DNA of 63,868 bases, filler included, from Phoronis australis (taxonomy: Eukaryota > Animalia > Phoronida), in the NCBI GenBank assembly GCA_002633005.1. It is 4 parts of 4 records of this genome, joined end to end, with 100 filler letters (N's around TTAATTAATTAA, not from the genome) between each part and the next. Parts side by side here need not be neighbours in the genome. Positions count along the whole stretch, not along the records: positions 30,977 to 59,501 come from NMRA01000819.1; 3 more parts are not named here. One strand, 5' to 3'. The notes under the pieces are model-generated. The model did not search any database and was not told the origin of the DNA. It was given only the letters and a program-made list of their open reading frames with translations. Both the position numbers and the translations under genes were made by a program. Below, in pieces: positions 38,201 to 51,399 of the stretch (the first letter of the stretch is position 1; each line of letters opens with the position of its first letter).

Positions 38201-39394
38201 AAACATTCTACAACTAAAATTATCTCCTAAATAGGCGCTTACTTTCTTCAGTGATCCTTTTGTGCTTCTAAACATATCTTCGATGAAGCATAGCTACGGG
38301 AATTTAGGTGAGTTTGGCGAAGAATTCCAACTCCACTTTTTGGTTACTGTTAACTTTGACCGCGCGCGTGATAACCACAGATTATTTCAACTGAGTCAGG
38401 TGAGTATGATGCAAAGGCTATAGGGCGAGACTGAGGGAAGAGCGTTACCTGGCGCGGGACACTTGCACGATAACATGGGAAAATATCAAGTGAAATTTGT
38501 CCCTTGAACTTTTTGTTCGTCAACAGGCGTAATTTCACGTAACTTCTTCCCGGTGAGAGAAACTCGAGCGAACCGCGAGGTTTTCATGGATATGTTCATA
38601 CAAGTTTGTAGACTAAATTGTATCCAGAGTCAGGGTATTCCATGTGCACAAATGCATGTATCAATTGATTTTATTTTCTGTATTTTGAAATGAGCAACTT
38701 TTTATGGGGATGATATACTATCGCTCCTGTATGCCTGCGGCATTCAGGCCTAGACCGGGTCGAGTTCCAATTTCAGTCCTTTCATGGCTTCACACAACAT
38801 ATCAAGTTCACATTTTCTTCGTCCATTCACAGGTTTTTCACGATCCGTCTACCATCCCTTAAATCGAGTAAACGTTTTAAGCGTAAAATTCGCCATAAGA
38901 ACTTCCAGTAAGATTTTGCGTGTGTAGCAAAGACTCGGGGCAAAACGAGAACAATATGGCAGGGTTTCCTCTCTTTCCAGTGACGTCACATTGACTAACT
39001 GGAAACTCGCACGTGAGCTATTGTTGTTTCCAAACCCCTGTACCTTCCTTTCGCGATCTCATTATGCAGGACGTGACGCGTTGTGCAATAGCTGACCAAA
39101 GGAGACACTGTCTACGTTGGTATTGGTCACATCCCTAAGAGGAAATAATTGTCTATGGTCGTACAGTGATATTCAATTTTCTCATATATATAGACGGGAT
39201 AGTTTACGAATGTTCCTATTCATATCCATTCTGTTTCAGGTCACTTTACACAAGTAGTCTGGAAGAACACCAAAGAAGTAGGTCTAGGCAAAGCTCTGAC
39301 TCCTGAAGGTCGCGCAATCGTCGTCGCCAACTATCATCCCGCTGGCAACTTTGTAGGTCGCTTCGTGGAAAATGTTATGCCGTTGAAAAAATAG
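32014..39394 (+). CDS. Multi-CAP-domain (SCP/PR-1) protein, GAPR-1/GLIPR2-like; 5'-incomplete; 7 exons: 32014-32247, 32514-32767, 33167-33214, 33703-33813, 34970-35111, 36211-36288, 39240-39394
   Basis: All six internal introns are GT-AG with matching phases (1,0,0,0,1,1), and the spliced frame is open to TAG at 39392-39394. CAP signature motifs are present: AHNxxRAKHG, [26 protein letters not shown], VVANYxPAGN. A second GHFTQMVWK...YLPAGN block lies in the first visible exon. Earlier exons are presumably beyond the contig break. Confidence 0.93.
32514..32767 (+). CDS. CAP gene exon b: Arg/Ser, poly-Ser and Thr/Val/Lys-rich linker
   Basis: Acceptor ttgtag|GTCGACGC. Encodes [25 protein letters not shown]...[22 protein letters not shown]...LGD. 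Donor GAC|gtaagt. Confidence 0.85.
33167..33214 (+). CDS. CAP gene exon c: 48-nt exon ([16 protein letters not shown])
   Basis: tttcag|ATGGAC...GCTCCG|gtaagt; phase 0-0. Confidence 0.8.
33703..33813 (+). CDS. CAP gene exon d: start of the terminal CAP domain
   Basis: ccatag|AGCGGA. Encodes [37 protein letters not shown]. Donor AAG|gtaaga. Too short to appear in the ORF track. Confidence 0.9.
34970..35111 (+). CDS. CAP gene exon e
   Basis: ttgcag|GACTTG. Encodes [47 protein letters not shown]. Donor G|gtaaat. Confidence 0.92.
36211..36288 (+). CDS. CAP gene exon f
   Basis: ctttag|GACAAG. Encodes (G)[25 protein letters not shown]. Donor G|gtaagt. Confidence 0.92.
37442..39024. mobile_element. 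ISL2EU/PIF-Harbinger-like internally deleted element inside the last CAP intron
   Basis: After removing the nested MITE, the ends read CAATAGTCCTTTTTCGAGTTT ... AAACTCGCACGTGAGCTATTG, each with a TGACGTCAC motif nearby. A THAP-like start [16 protein letters not shown] lies at 38045 (+). A convergent SAP-like start MANFTLK...[23 protein letters not shown] lies at 38896 (-). Confidence 0.55.
37447..37885. mobile_element. MITE nested at the end of the intronic element
   Basis: TIRs ATTGGTTTGACTTCAAAACCA versus the reverse complement of TGGTTTTGAAGTCCAACCAAT. Confidence 0.72.
39240..39394 (+). CDS. CAP gene terminal coding exon
   Basis: tttcag|GTCACTTT. Encodes (G)[50 protein letters not shown]. 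Confidence 0.93.
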
Positions 39395-41713
39395 TTTAAT
39401 TGTTTATGAAACAATGAGACAATCTATTCCTTTTGAAATCTATATTCATCATGTCCTGTGAAATTGTGAAGGGTCATCGAGGTCTTATTGTATACACGGA
39501 TAAAGGCAGTGTAAATTTGGACACGGTTACGGAACTCACTGAACCTCAGAAAGAATGATTTGTTATTTTGGTATTTGAACACCTTGGTACAAATGAACTG
39601 TGTGAGGTAAGATCATGTAGCGCTTATCTAGCCGTAGACTATAGGCAAAACTTGACAAATGAGACATTCCATAGTTATGTGCATCATTCTAGAATAGAAG
39701 GAAACGTTGTATTGCTGTGGGATATTGATCACAGCATAAATGTCAGTAGGTGGCGAAATGGCTCCATATCTCATGAGTCTCTGGTCTAGGATACCAATGG
39801 ATCAATTGTCTTGTACCGGGTATGTGATCACCTGCTGAAACGAAAACTGTAGTTTACATGTCAATTGCATACTAACGGAATATTCTCTCGGCCACGTCTG
39901 TGCAGTCTATTTAATTTTAAAACTCCTGAGTTGAGATGGCAAGGTGACGTTTCAGGAATGATGTTTTACATGTATACTGCGGTTGCTCTCGATTCACTCC
40001 ATCGGTTTAGACAGGTCAACCATCTGAGCTCGCTGGTTCCCTGGGTGTAGAACTTACACGCAGATAACAGGCAGTAGCACGCGCTCTACCACTGGTTGAT
40101 GTAACCTTGGCAGTCATTGGTTAGCTTTACAACAAAGTGAGAAAATGGCTATGAACGATTTTTAGTCTTATTATGCAAATGGCGTAGCAGTGATATTTAG
40201 TGGCCGCGTGCTTGAAGTGCATACATATGCAATAAACACACATCTGGCCGATTTAACTGGTATGCTATTCATAATGTATGAATACACGACAGCAACTTGA
40301 ACGTAAACAAAAGTCAGCGACAGTAGGAAGATGCACTCCGATAAGGCGCAAACACAATATTTTGGGATTCACATTTTTTCAAAACATGAATTTTAAGCAC
40401 CGATTTGTCTGTACAACAGACCACAGATCATGAGTCATGCCAATTTGTTTGCGTAAAGCCCCATCTGTTGAGAATTCGACCAGCCTTATCAGAAACGACG
40501 ATGCAAAAAAATTGCCGAGGAAAATTAAATGTTACCTGCGTGCAGAACAATCTAGCGGCACGCAGGGAACCAGCGAGCCGTCACTTGATTGGTTTGTAAG
40601 CCTGAAGTCGACACCGACAAACAGTCAGATGTCTCTGCTGGTTGACTCGGTTGAATCGACTGTATATATTTTTTGGTTTATAGTCTCTTTTGACGATATG
40701 TAATTTCAAATATATGACACCAATTGTTGTTATACGCATGTCGCAATTAATTTGAAGGTTTAGGCTACATCTACAGGTTTGAACGGTGGAATTTTATCGT
40801 TTTGGTCAGTGTATCTCCGAGATACAAAAAATATGTGGTCTGACATTAAAAACAAAATCGTTTTAGACTTTCACCTACATAGTGTGGCAAAGACTGAAAC
40901 AGTCTGCAACATCCGTGAAAAATCAGTCAAATTTTGCCCTATCTCTCTATTGATAATTGATCACTGACCGACGTCAAGTTGCTACTACTTAGTTTTAGTC
41001 GGAGCAGCAACGAACCCCTTGGTGTTTTTAACTAATCGACGTTATATTTGCTTACTAACCTACTGTGTTTAGCATTTGAGTCATGCACTATGCTTCTGTT
41101 ACATCACATGTTAACCACTACAGTACTATGTCTGTCTTTTTTTCGTAAACTAGCATATATTTTGTGGCCTTGACATATCTCTCTTGGTCGTCTTTTATCT
41201 TTTATATATATAATAAATATAACTTTTGCCGCAAAAGTAATATACATTCACTACAACGTGCCACCTTGTTCATGTGAGAGCGCTGTGGAAACGTCGTGCA
41301 AACGTATGTAGGTTAGAAATTGGTGTCCAAAGACAGTGTATTGATAGGGAATTTTATAATTGATGAAAAAAATATTTCATCTGATACATTGGCTGCGATT
41401 GTGAAGACCTTTTACGTCGTCATCATGTTGCAACTGAAATGACCTATTTCTGGAAACCATGCAGAATCATTCCAAGGTTTTGTAGTGTATTGTGATTGTT
41501 AAGGGTATGGAGAAATGCGATGTAGTGTACTGTTATTAGGGTATGGAGAAATCGGATGGTAAATTTGCGCAATCGTTTGCACATAAATCATATTATTGGG
41601 TATGAGTGGCTGTCATTGTTTTAGTGATTTATAGAACTTTGTTGTCAATATACACACATAATGTATCTTCACACAAAACGCGAATCATCAAATGAATTAC
41701 TTGTCTTTGACGC

Positions 41714-41719
41714 AATAAA
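41714..41719 (+). promoter_or_regulatory. Candidate polyadenylation signal of the CAP gene (alternative AATAAA at 40231 and ~41213)
   Basis: AATAAA followed by a U/GU-rich tract (ttctgttcttgtgcttttgcttt). Would imply a 3' UTR of up to ~2.3 kb. Confidence 0.4.
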
Positions 41720-42283
41720 GTAATTCTGTTCTTGTGCTTTTGCTTTACACATTTTATTACTTTTTTCATTGTGAGCACTGTTTATTAAGGGCTCATTAAT
41801 TTGACTCGTCTAATTTTCGACTTAACGCGATATCGTGGCCATTTCCAAATGACGATCTGAAGTGACTTGTTTAATAATGATTACTTTTGTCTAGTCTATT
41901 GTTACTGCCATTTGAAAAGAATATGCAAAGCAACATAAAAACATTTAGCGGAATTAAAATTCAGAATTTTTATTGTCAACAGTTTCAGTCGTCTAAAGTT
42001 GGTTTCTCCAGTAGATTTATGTTCTAGGCTTTTCAGCTAATCGTACCACCGCTTTAACAGCACAAAAACACATTTTAAACACTGGAACGCAGAGACGTCA
42101 AATGATTCGTGAGGTAAACTTTTCGTGCAGCAATTTGTGTCACTGCAAGAAAATAGCAAACCTCTTGGTGATAACTGTACAAGTTTTGAACATTCTGTTT
42201 CGCGGTAGAAATAACATGTGTCTGCCGCCGGTTCCAAAATTCACTGAATAAAAAGAAGATTAATGTGAACGAGTGTTGTTCGT

Positions 42284-42463
42284 AACTGTTATACATGTAA
42301 TTGAGCATCGTTACGGTGACGGAGATAAACTGTTATACATGTAATTGAGCATCGTTACGGTGACGGAGATAAACTGTTATACATGTAATTGAGCATCGTT
42401 ACGGTGACGAAGATAAACTGTTATACATGTAATTGAGCATCGTTGCGGTGACGAAGATAAACT
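42284..42463. repeat. Minisatellite, 44 bp x4
   Basis: AACTGTTATACATGTAATTGAGCATCGTTACGGTGACGGAGATA in direct tandem, with no spacers and 1-2 substitutions. Confidence 0.95.
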
Positions 42464-43330
42464 CCAGGTATTCTTTCAAAGCTGTTTTAATATTTAAAAA
42501 CACGTGGTTTTACGGTATTCTTTATTTCACTTCGAACCCAAATTAAAGCATTCGGACATACAGTGTAGTCTTAATCAAGCGAAATTTAAACATTCAATTA
42601 ATTCATTGTTGCCCTGTCCTAGAATTCACAGGAAAAGTGTCATCTGTTCGAGAAAGGAAATGAAACGTTTAGAAAGATTTCCACCTACCCGTTGTGCATC
42701 TGATCCTGCAATTATCACTTTGGTAATATTGAATATTTACATCCTAATGTCGATGTGTAGTCACACCCTGCGTAAGTGTATTTTCTGGCGGCTATGGCTC
42801 TGATAATTCCGATTTTCAAGAACGTTTACAATGTTAGACGTGATGATGAATCCCCTGCTCGTATACAATATTCATGATTACGTTGTTTGTGGATAGCATA
42901 TGTCGCCGCCGATCTCCCAATGTCCAACTCACGATCACCAAGACATCCCTATCTGATGCCCTCGCCATCATAACGAGGTTGATACATTGTGGACATACTA
43001 CAGTGGCAACATTGCGGTCGCCTTGGAGATGGCCAGGTTATTATCGGGAATGAAATCACTATGGGACACAATCAAGGAGTTTCCTACAAGGATACACCAG
43101 CGAGGATCATTACCCCCATTACTGCACAGCTTCCCGAGATCAGTTTTTGAAGCCTGTCGCATAATTTGAACAGGCTCTGTTTTAAAATTTACATTGAGTT
43201 GATTCAGCTCATTGTCTTTGTTTGATTTTTCCAAATTTGTCCAGACACAGATATTCTTGTGCCTTCTCCAAACACCCCTTGGCAATACTAATCGTTCAGA
43301 CTATTCCGTATATTTTGCCAATTCTCGTTT

Positions 43331-43521
43331 TTAAGGTGACTGAATCAAGAAACAGTTGGTTTTAATATACCTACATGCAGACCTGTAGAAAACCTTCATC
43401 CGGGACTGCATCCGTCTATATACATTTAAGCAGGAAGAGATAACCAGGAAGGGACAACTAGCTAAACCGCCGTTTTTGGCCTCCTTCCCCGGACTAATTT
43501 CAGGACTTCAGTTTCCTTTAA
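43331..43521. mobile_element. Possible small TTAA-flanked (Kolobok-like) MITE
   Basis: TTAAGGTGACTGAATC ... GACTTCAGTTTCCTTTAA imperfect inverted ends bounded by TTAA. Confidence 0.35.
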
Positions 43522-45816
43522 AGAGAAACAGATGATTTTATTAGAGAGATTAAAGCTTTTTCTATAGAAGGATATCAAAAAACTCACTTTTCAACCTACA
43601 ACAGTGGTGTAATTTTACTTTGAAAATATCGACTTCAGCGCCCGCAATCGCAACTTCCCACACGCAGTCACGGGTATTTAAGCTTTTCCGTCGATGTGTA
43701 GATGGCGCAGTAGTCAAGTACTCCCTCATTTGCATATCAAATTTGCATGTGGGAGTTCTGAGACAGTTGTTGGTCGAGCGCTTGAGTGGATAAAGCGGTG
43801 ACCTCCCTCTGAGAGCACGCGCTGATGAAGATATCACAGCGAACTCGATCGCTTCGCAATCAGGAGGTGAAAACACTCTCATGACCGCAGTTCTGAATTC
43901 CAGCTAAGCAAGCCCTATTTCGAGGAACGAACTTTGAATTGTTTTCGTCCCCTGACAGTGGATCGCAGAGAAGATTAGAATGAGGTCAACATCGAACTTT
44001 CTGCGGCTACCTGTCGTGTTGACAAAAGTTTGAAGTGTCAGAACCATAGACGGAGCGCGCGGGTTGTCCATGATTCCTGTTCTTCTTCAGTTGACGAAAA
44101 CATTGCTATCGGCATAAAGAATGACTGTGGGAAATTCATTTTGAGGTAGATACCTGTATCCAAGAATAAATATTAATACTCTGTAATATCTCACCCTCCG
44201 CGTTTCGTTTCTTTGACATTGTTTGAGGTTGCGGTATCGTGAAACAACGCCGTCGGGTGAGAGAAGTTGCACCGAATAATTGGAATCGGATGCAGAGAGG
44301 GCTTTTGCTCCCACTTTTTTCAGTACTGTGCCCTCTATACACTTCCGACATGACACTGCCAACTACTCACGAGGGGAAGTTAAGATTCCAAATTCATCAA
44401 AAACACAAAACATTCGTGCACAGCACAGAAGCTGTCTTGTAAGAAATGGCGATGCGTCAGTGATCTTAGTTGAAGCCTGAAGGCTGACTTGCAAAAATTC
44501 GATCCATCATCAGACCACCATATCGCAAAGAAGGACACTAAACGATAACAGTGATATTCATGAATGTCGGGCAGCTCTAAATGCTTTATTGAATTAAAAA
44601 CTAGACTAATGAAATTCAAAAATTTACAAAAAGAAGTTCAAGTCATTGCTCATGAATTTGGAAAGTAATGTCTTTGCACTTCCTTGATGCTTGTAGTTCC
44701 CAGTAGTATTGTGCAATGAATTTAGGTTCTTCTAAAGCGAATCGTTTCCTTGCCATTCCCGTGCATACTGCAAAGGCTAGACACGTCGTGACTCAGTGAC
44801 GCACCCACGTTAAAAATAAGGTGTAGTTATGCAGTAGGCTGCCCTCGTAGAATCCCGGCGCGCACAGTGATTGACGGGAAAAGAACTTGAACTGCACTGA
44901 CGGGTTGAAGTGTGTGCATTTTTGGAACGCGTTCATTTTCCCCAGCCGCCCGGCAGAAGCTGGACCAGTGTCCGTGTTTCAACAAGGAATTTTGATACAG
45001 CTCTATAGGTCAAGGATTTCGGGATCATATCTTTCAAAAAAAATCTTCAGGAAATGACCGTATTAAATGAACTTTTCCCGAAACTGGGTCAAAAAACGAC
45101 CTTGGAGCCAGAACACGGGTAGGCCTACAGGTTCGAGTTAAGCCGCACGTCTCAAATGAATCATAGCGGAGCTGACCAGCAACTAGCATTAGTTCGTCGA
45201 ATTGCGCATGTATCATAGCAGAGCTGACCAGAGACTAGCATTAGTTCGTCGAAGTGCGCATGCATGGATCAGACTTCCTTGCGACGCCACGACACCGGCC
45301 ACCGTGGCGGGAGCAGCTAATTTCTTGACTAACACCTGCTTCTAAATCTGGATTTAAGCAAAATGACGAAGTCCACCCATGCACACATGCAAGCGTATCC
45401 AAATACAATTAAATTTATTTTCATGTGAAACCAGTCAATGTTCTTTGAACATTGACTTGTGTGAGTTCTTAATTTTCTTAGATCTGCCCAATCAGGTAGA
45501 ACTGTGTTTCAAGTCATTCACTATAGGCAAAGTGGTGTCATTTTATAGCTAAAGAGTTAAGCTTTCAAACATAATGCTTGGATTCCAGACGATTTTACCA
45601 TTTACTTTTGAAATCACCTTTGAAAACACGTTAAAATGTGCTAAAACAATTGTCCCTTCCTGGTTATCTCTTCCTGATTTAAGCTATTTTAACAGAATGG
45701 TCGTTTTAACATGCGCGTTTTTCCGTCTGCGTCTGGTGACAGGGTTTGCAACTGTCAAAAACTGGCTTCTTTGCGATAACTACGATTATGCGCATGAACA
45801 AAATATCGGAGCATCT

Positions 45817-45817
45817 G

Positions 45818-45874
<57 letters not shown>
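45817..45874. repeat. (GT)n microsatellite
   Basis: Direct reading of the sequence. Confidence 0.97.
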
Positions 45875-45877
<3 letters not shown>

Positions 45878-47787
45878 TCTTGTAAGACTGATGCCTTACC
45901 TTTTTCTTTCATTATGCAATTTTATCCACAGAAGCTGGGTCATATTCCTGCAAAAGATAACATAATCGCTGATGTACACGTTGAATAATGCCATTTGCTC
46001 GTTGCAGTGGTCATCAACGCATTATTGGTCATACGTTGCCCTGACAACGCGTCGTTTTCTAACACTTCATACATATTAGGGTATGCTATTACCACTTCAC
46101 GTAAAGCAGACGTCTTATCAATCGAAGGCATAACTGGAGAAGGCCAGGACAACAAAAACGCCCATTGTTGTCGGGAAAGTATTGATAGTTATTGGTACCA
46201 ATGGAACATTCTCCTATGTCTCTGTGGGCGCAGTTTATGACAAAATGTAAATTTCGGGTTGAAATCATTAGTTACAAAATTTCATTCTTAAATTATGTTG
46301 TCTGGTCGATTCTCCGAACAACGCGTCCTATGAATCTAGATCGTCGCAAAAGGGGGACAAAGATTACCCACTGAAAAATAAACGTTTGCAGTACCCAGGC
46401 AAGGACATACCTGGGCCGACATAGACTTGTGTATGGAGGGGGTGGACCCCTGGTCTATCTTAATCATCTTATGAGCCCGTGGCTACATATTTCTGTGAAC
46501 GACATCATACTTAACACCTCATGCAACAACACACAAGCGAATATATCTATAAAAGTCTTGAACCAATATCCAAGGCCTGACTTATGATGCGCGTACTAGA
46601 GAAAACCTGTTCTCAGTTCATCATCTTTCAAGAGGGTTGTTTAATTGCGACTATGCAAGTGAGCGCTGGAAACACTGGCTCTTCGGAAGTGTTCATAACA
46701 CAGCAGAAATGCATCCTCTTTTTTACAAACCACACGGAACCTCAATAAATCGTCGGTGTGTTTTGATTGCTGCCTGTGTCCATAAAGAGGCAAGCCCTCT
46801 AACACAATCATCGTGAACTATGAATTTATTTTATCTGCACCGAACACTAAAAAATCTCAATGAGCAGGATTGGAGTTTGTAGCCAAGGGTCGCCACTGGT
46901 AACGTTGACTGATGTCACGAATTTGCGGAATTCTGTTTGACGCGAGAAATGGGAACACTTTCCTTTAACTGTGTACACGTTTGTATTGCGGCACTGTCAA
47001 AAAATTGTTGTGATGAAGAACCCGGGGGATTGCGTTTTCTACTCGGTCATGGGCAAGTATGCTATGCGTACTTAAGTGTTTACCGCTGCGAGTTCGAGTC
47101 GTAGACTGATCACCATCTTACTACCGACTTCTTCATGCCAAAAGAGAACAAAGCACCGCATTGTAATAATTTGCAAGCCGTAAATATACCACAAATAACA
47201 CCATTACGTATTTATGTATACCTACTTGCGTCAGAAAAACAATGCCACAGTCTCTCAGCGACATAAATTTTCGGCACCAGCTGACGAGCAACACAAACGT
47301 TCTTCAAGAGCAACAGATCATTCAACCTTATGAACCAGCGGGAGTCGTAGCTGTCGACATACGTGTATCTGCAGTTAAGGGATTGTTCTAAAAACCTCTT
47401 CGATCCCCACAACCCACGACCCTCTCGACCCATAACCCCCTTGACACACAACATCCACGAAGCACCACCCACAACTCTCCTCGACCAACGACCTGTGGCA
47501 ATTGGTGTATCTTTGCGATAGGCCTACTTACACGTTTCATAGCCTTATTACGTCGCTGAGTGACCTTCCCATAAGACTTACCTACATGCGAATCTGCTCT
47601 GGCTGAAGGCTGGTGGTTAAAAACAGGAAGTGGACTAAAACGTGATCTGAAGTAGCAGATTGGGGGCGGGCTGCCATTGTAACGATCGAGCTACAATAAC
47701 CCTGTTCTACTGAACTTGGGGAAGGAGTGCGTTAACACACGGTGGCCTACATGTAATGATGGCATCGGCGCTTTTTTAGTTATTTTA

Positions 47788-47912
47788 GGATCTCGAGATT
47801 CCGCCTAAGTTATCTCAGGATTTTGAGATCCCGACTTAATTATCTCATGATCTTGAGATCCCATCAAAATTATCTCAGTCGATCTCGAGATTCCGACTTA
47901 ATTATCTCAGGA
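47788..47912. repeat. ~30-bp tandem repeat x4 (GATCTCGAGATYCCG...TTATCTCAG)
   Basis: Direct reading; probably subterminal repeats of a decayed DNA transposon. Confidence 0.8.
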
Positions 47913-50900
47913 CCTAAAGGTATTTAAGAAAGAAACACGAGTTATCACCTTCGAGCCACCGTGCTGCGAAGGTACACAATTTCACATTTTTATTATTTGG
48001 TTTCTGTCGTTTACTTGTTTACAATATACTACATCTAACTTTGAGACGCTTTCTTACCTAACAAGTTTTTTAAAACTGTAATTGCTGAAGAGACTACATA
48101 TTCGTGGCTAGGAGCTATTGGTACGATGATAAGACTGAAGACTGATTTGCGTTAATCGCTTGATTAATGTTCAGTGTACGTTCAGAAGTCTATTCAAAAC
48201 AAAACGTCCGACGTATTATACTGTCTGTTCTATGCTCCAACCAATGGTGCGAACACTTATCTTGTGATGAACATCTGAGACTGTTGCAGCAACTGTTAAA
48301 CTCGTTGATTCAGATACCTGCCGTCTTTATAGATTTTGATTTTTTTCACTGTAACTCGACTTCAAGTTCAGCTTAACTCAACTGACTGGTTATCTATACC
48401 TGGGTATTTATAATTTCTTACAATGTTCTGGACCTTTTCATCAATTCAAACACATTCTAGATCTTTCCAGAATTTATCTACAATCATATACTAGTCTGTA
48501 GAATGTTCCAAACTTCATTACTAGACGTTTAAAGGATTTTTCCTGCTATTCTATTGTAAAAAATCATCACTGTCCTGGGTTCATGAGTCATGTCAATCAA
48601 CTGATACCTGCTATTATACAAACAAACCAATTAAAAAACTTATTAAAGTGAGACCAATGTTTTTATTCTAATTTTGGTGTCATTTAAGAGAACACTTGAA
48701 AATGGGGGCTTGTACGTGTGACGTGTGCGCCATCTCCAGGACGTTATCAACGGCAGCAGCACTCGAATCTGTCCCTGCAAAGAGGTAAGACGTGTAGACC
48801 ACAAGTTATCTAGGTGAGTTATGCTTAACTCTTATGTTTACCTGTTTTAGTTGAATTGTATTGTCGTTCTCAAGTGTTTAAAGCACACATGTTGCACTGA
48901 GCATTTTTGAATACGGATACTGTTGCACATGTGCCTAAAATTGGATGTGACGCCGGTCAGTAGCACACGGGACCGACTTTTCCTTGTTGACACTGGACAG
49001 TGAATGGTTCTGTCTGGGGCACTTTCTGTTTCGTTTTGTTTAGTTTTGCTTTGCTCCGCGACCCTTGACGTTTTAGTTTATAATATAGATGGACATAGCC
49101 AGAGCTCAGTGATCCAGTTATCCGCCTTTCGATAACTATCACAGTTCTCGGGTCCTTCAAGATATTTAACAACATTCATTTTATTGAGATTCTTCGCCAC
49201 TGATTTACCGTGAGCTACAGCTGCCGTCTACTGTTCCTTCATTTTCAATGTTCATCATCATTATTATCATCATGGGAGTCGTTCTTTGCAGTTTCAAGGG
49301 CCCTGACAAAACTGTTCCTTGGGACTTCCTTTGGCCGCACAGTTGCCCATTTCATTTTTGATAAAGGGTGAATAATCAATAAAACGTCACACATACTGAA
49401 TGATATGTTTTGTCAGTACTTCCTACAGAATATCAATATACTCTAATTCGATTGATAAAACATTCTGTTCAAACGGCATTTTGTTGTCTTTTGTTATCGG
49501 TATTGATGTGAATGGAGTAGAATTGTTGCCTATTTAGTTTGTTTTAGTTACCCGGTGGGTAAACATGTGTTGGGAAATTTCTTTTGTCTTGCTCCTGTAT
49601 TTTTTTACCTGCTGTTTGCAAAACACTCGTTTTGCTAAGTTGCTTGAACTTAAAGGAGAATGCCACCCCATTTAATTAGTCTTTTTTGCCGTCTTAATCG
49701 GTCTATATCCACATCGCCTCGCATACGGTCGACCTTACCTTGCCAAGAGGTGTCGCGTTAAGCTGTGAAGAAGGTGAGAAACGACGCTAGCGACGTCAGT
49801 GGTTCATATGCAGAGTGAATGCCGCTATGTTGCGGTGCATCGTTCCCGCTTGTCCGAACTAAGCAGCTGCGAGGAAAGCGGGTATATCGTTTTAACTTTA
49901 CTTCCTCGAGAGTCCGAAATGCTTAGGACGTGGCTCATGGTAGTGAAAAATGAAATGTACGCTGTAAATAGCAAGTATGAGGCCGTGAAACATCTCCGTG
50001 TCTGTCCCGGGCCTGCAGACGTCGACAGTGCCTGCCGAATGCCGGCTTACCAAATATCTCCATACTTTCCGTTGTCTGAGCTTTTTCAGGGCGCCTCTCT
50101 AGTATTTCTTCATCACTGTATTCCTGTTCGAATCAATAGCCTGTAAAACTTAACGATCCACCTGCGAAGTCGGGACTGATGAGCTCTATCCCGTCCTAAG
50201 TCGGTATTCCGAGTTGCTATGTTGGCGTTAATTAGTACTGAGCGTTCTATTTCAAAATGAATTATTCTCACCCTAACCAATACTTATATAAAATTGAAAC
50301 AATGTCTGTCTCATTAGATGCAATTTGTGATGCCTTTGGAGTGTTCGTGAGTGCAAATGATTTGAAAAGCCAGCAATGGATAAATCGCAGCGTTTACCGG
50401 CTTTAAGTGCAATAAAACTAATTGACGGGACACCGAGGCCGTGTAAGCTCATGCTAAGTTAGTGTTTGCTGGCAGAAACTGTTGTGAAACAACTCGATTT
50501 CAATCCCACGTCCAGGTGTTAAGGGAATCTTTATTTACATTTACATTACTCAAATAATGATTGTCAATGTACAACTTCTGCTCTGACGGTGCTGTGGCCA
50601 ACGCGGAACGTGAATTCGCGGCCCCGACCAGTAAGTAGATTTGCAGTTTCGTGGCTAATTCACCAACATAATCACGTGCACATTACTTTGGCTCACTAGT
50701 GTAGTATTTTCTTGACTGGAAGTTTAGTTTACACTGAACTTTTGTTGGTTTATTTTCGTGATGTCTGATCAGTTTCCGAGCCACTGGCCGGGATCAAACG
50801 AATCAATCCGGGCGGCCGCCACGGGCTTGATCGGGCTCCGAGCCACTGGCCAGGATAACAAGCGTTTTGTGTTTAGAACTCAAAAAATCACAAGTCTAAA

Positions 50901-51399
50901 CAGCACAGATCTAGGCTCTCCTGTCTGTATCTCACGGAAAATACTTCGAAATTATCTCCGAACAGACCCCAAACTCCTGCTACGCCGGACCTTATTGCCG
51001 AACTTTGTAGGCTACGGTGTGTCCAAATACCAATAAATCCGTCAGAGCGAAATAAAACAACACGTTTTTATAAGAACTCGGTGTATTTTTAATGGTTTTA
51101 CATCGAAGTTTGATGATTTATTGGTGTTAAACGATGATTTCAAGCGATAAGCTGACACCAGGAACCCATGTTGTGAACTGCTGAACAGACTGCGTGTGAA
51201 ACCGATTACGTCACTGGATAATTTCAACACCTCCGTCTGCCGTCAGGTGTTAGGTAACGCAACCGTACGTGCCGTTATCGAGTAGAACTACTCGATCTAA
51301 ATTGATACAAATTAGGTTGATTTTTGAGTTTACCCTTGATAATCTTTATGGCAAACATAGTGATTATCCAATTTTTTAAAAACCTGGAAAGTTTGACAA

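Noticed and set aside
42284-42463. CRISPR-like array
   Set aside because: The units are contiguous with no unique spacers, there are no cas genes, and the context is eukaryotic.
42780-43290. Possible tyrosine-recombinase (DIRS) remnant around SKTD
   Set aside because: No convincing catalytic HSxR/Y motifs in frame.
45574-45988. ORFs with CVCVCV/HTHTHT runs
   Set aside because: These are translations of the (GT)n microsatellite.
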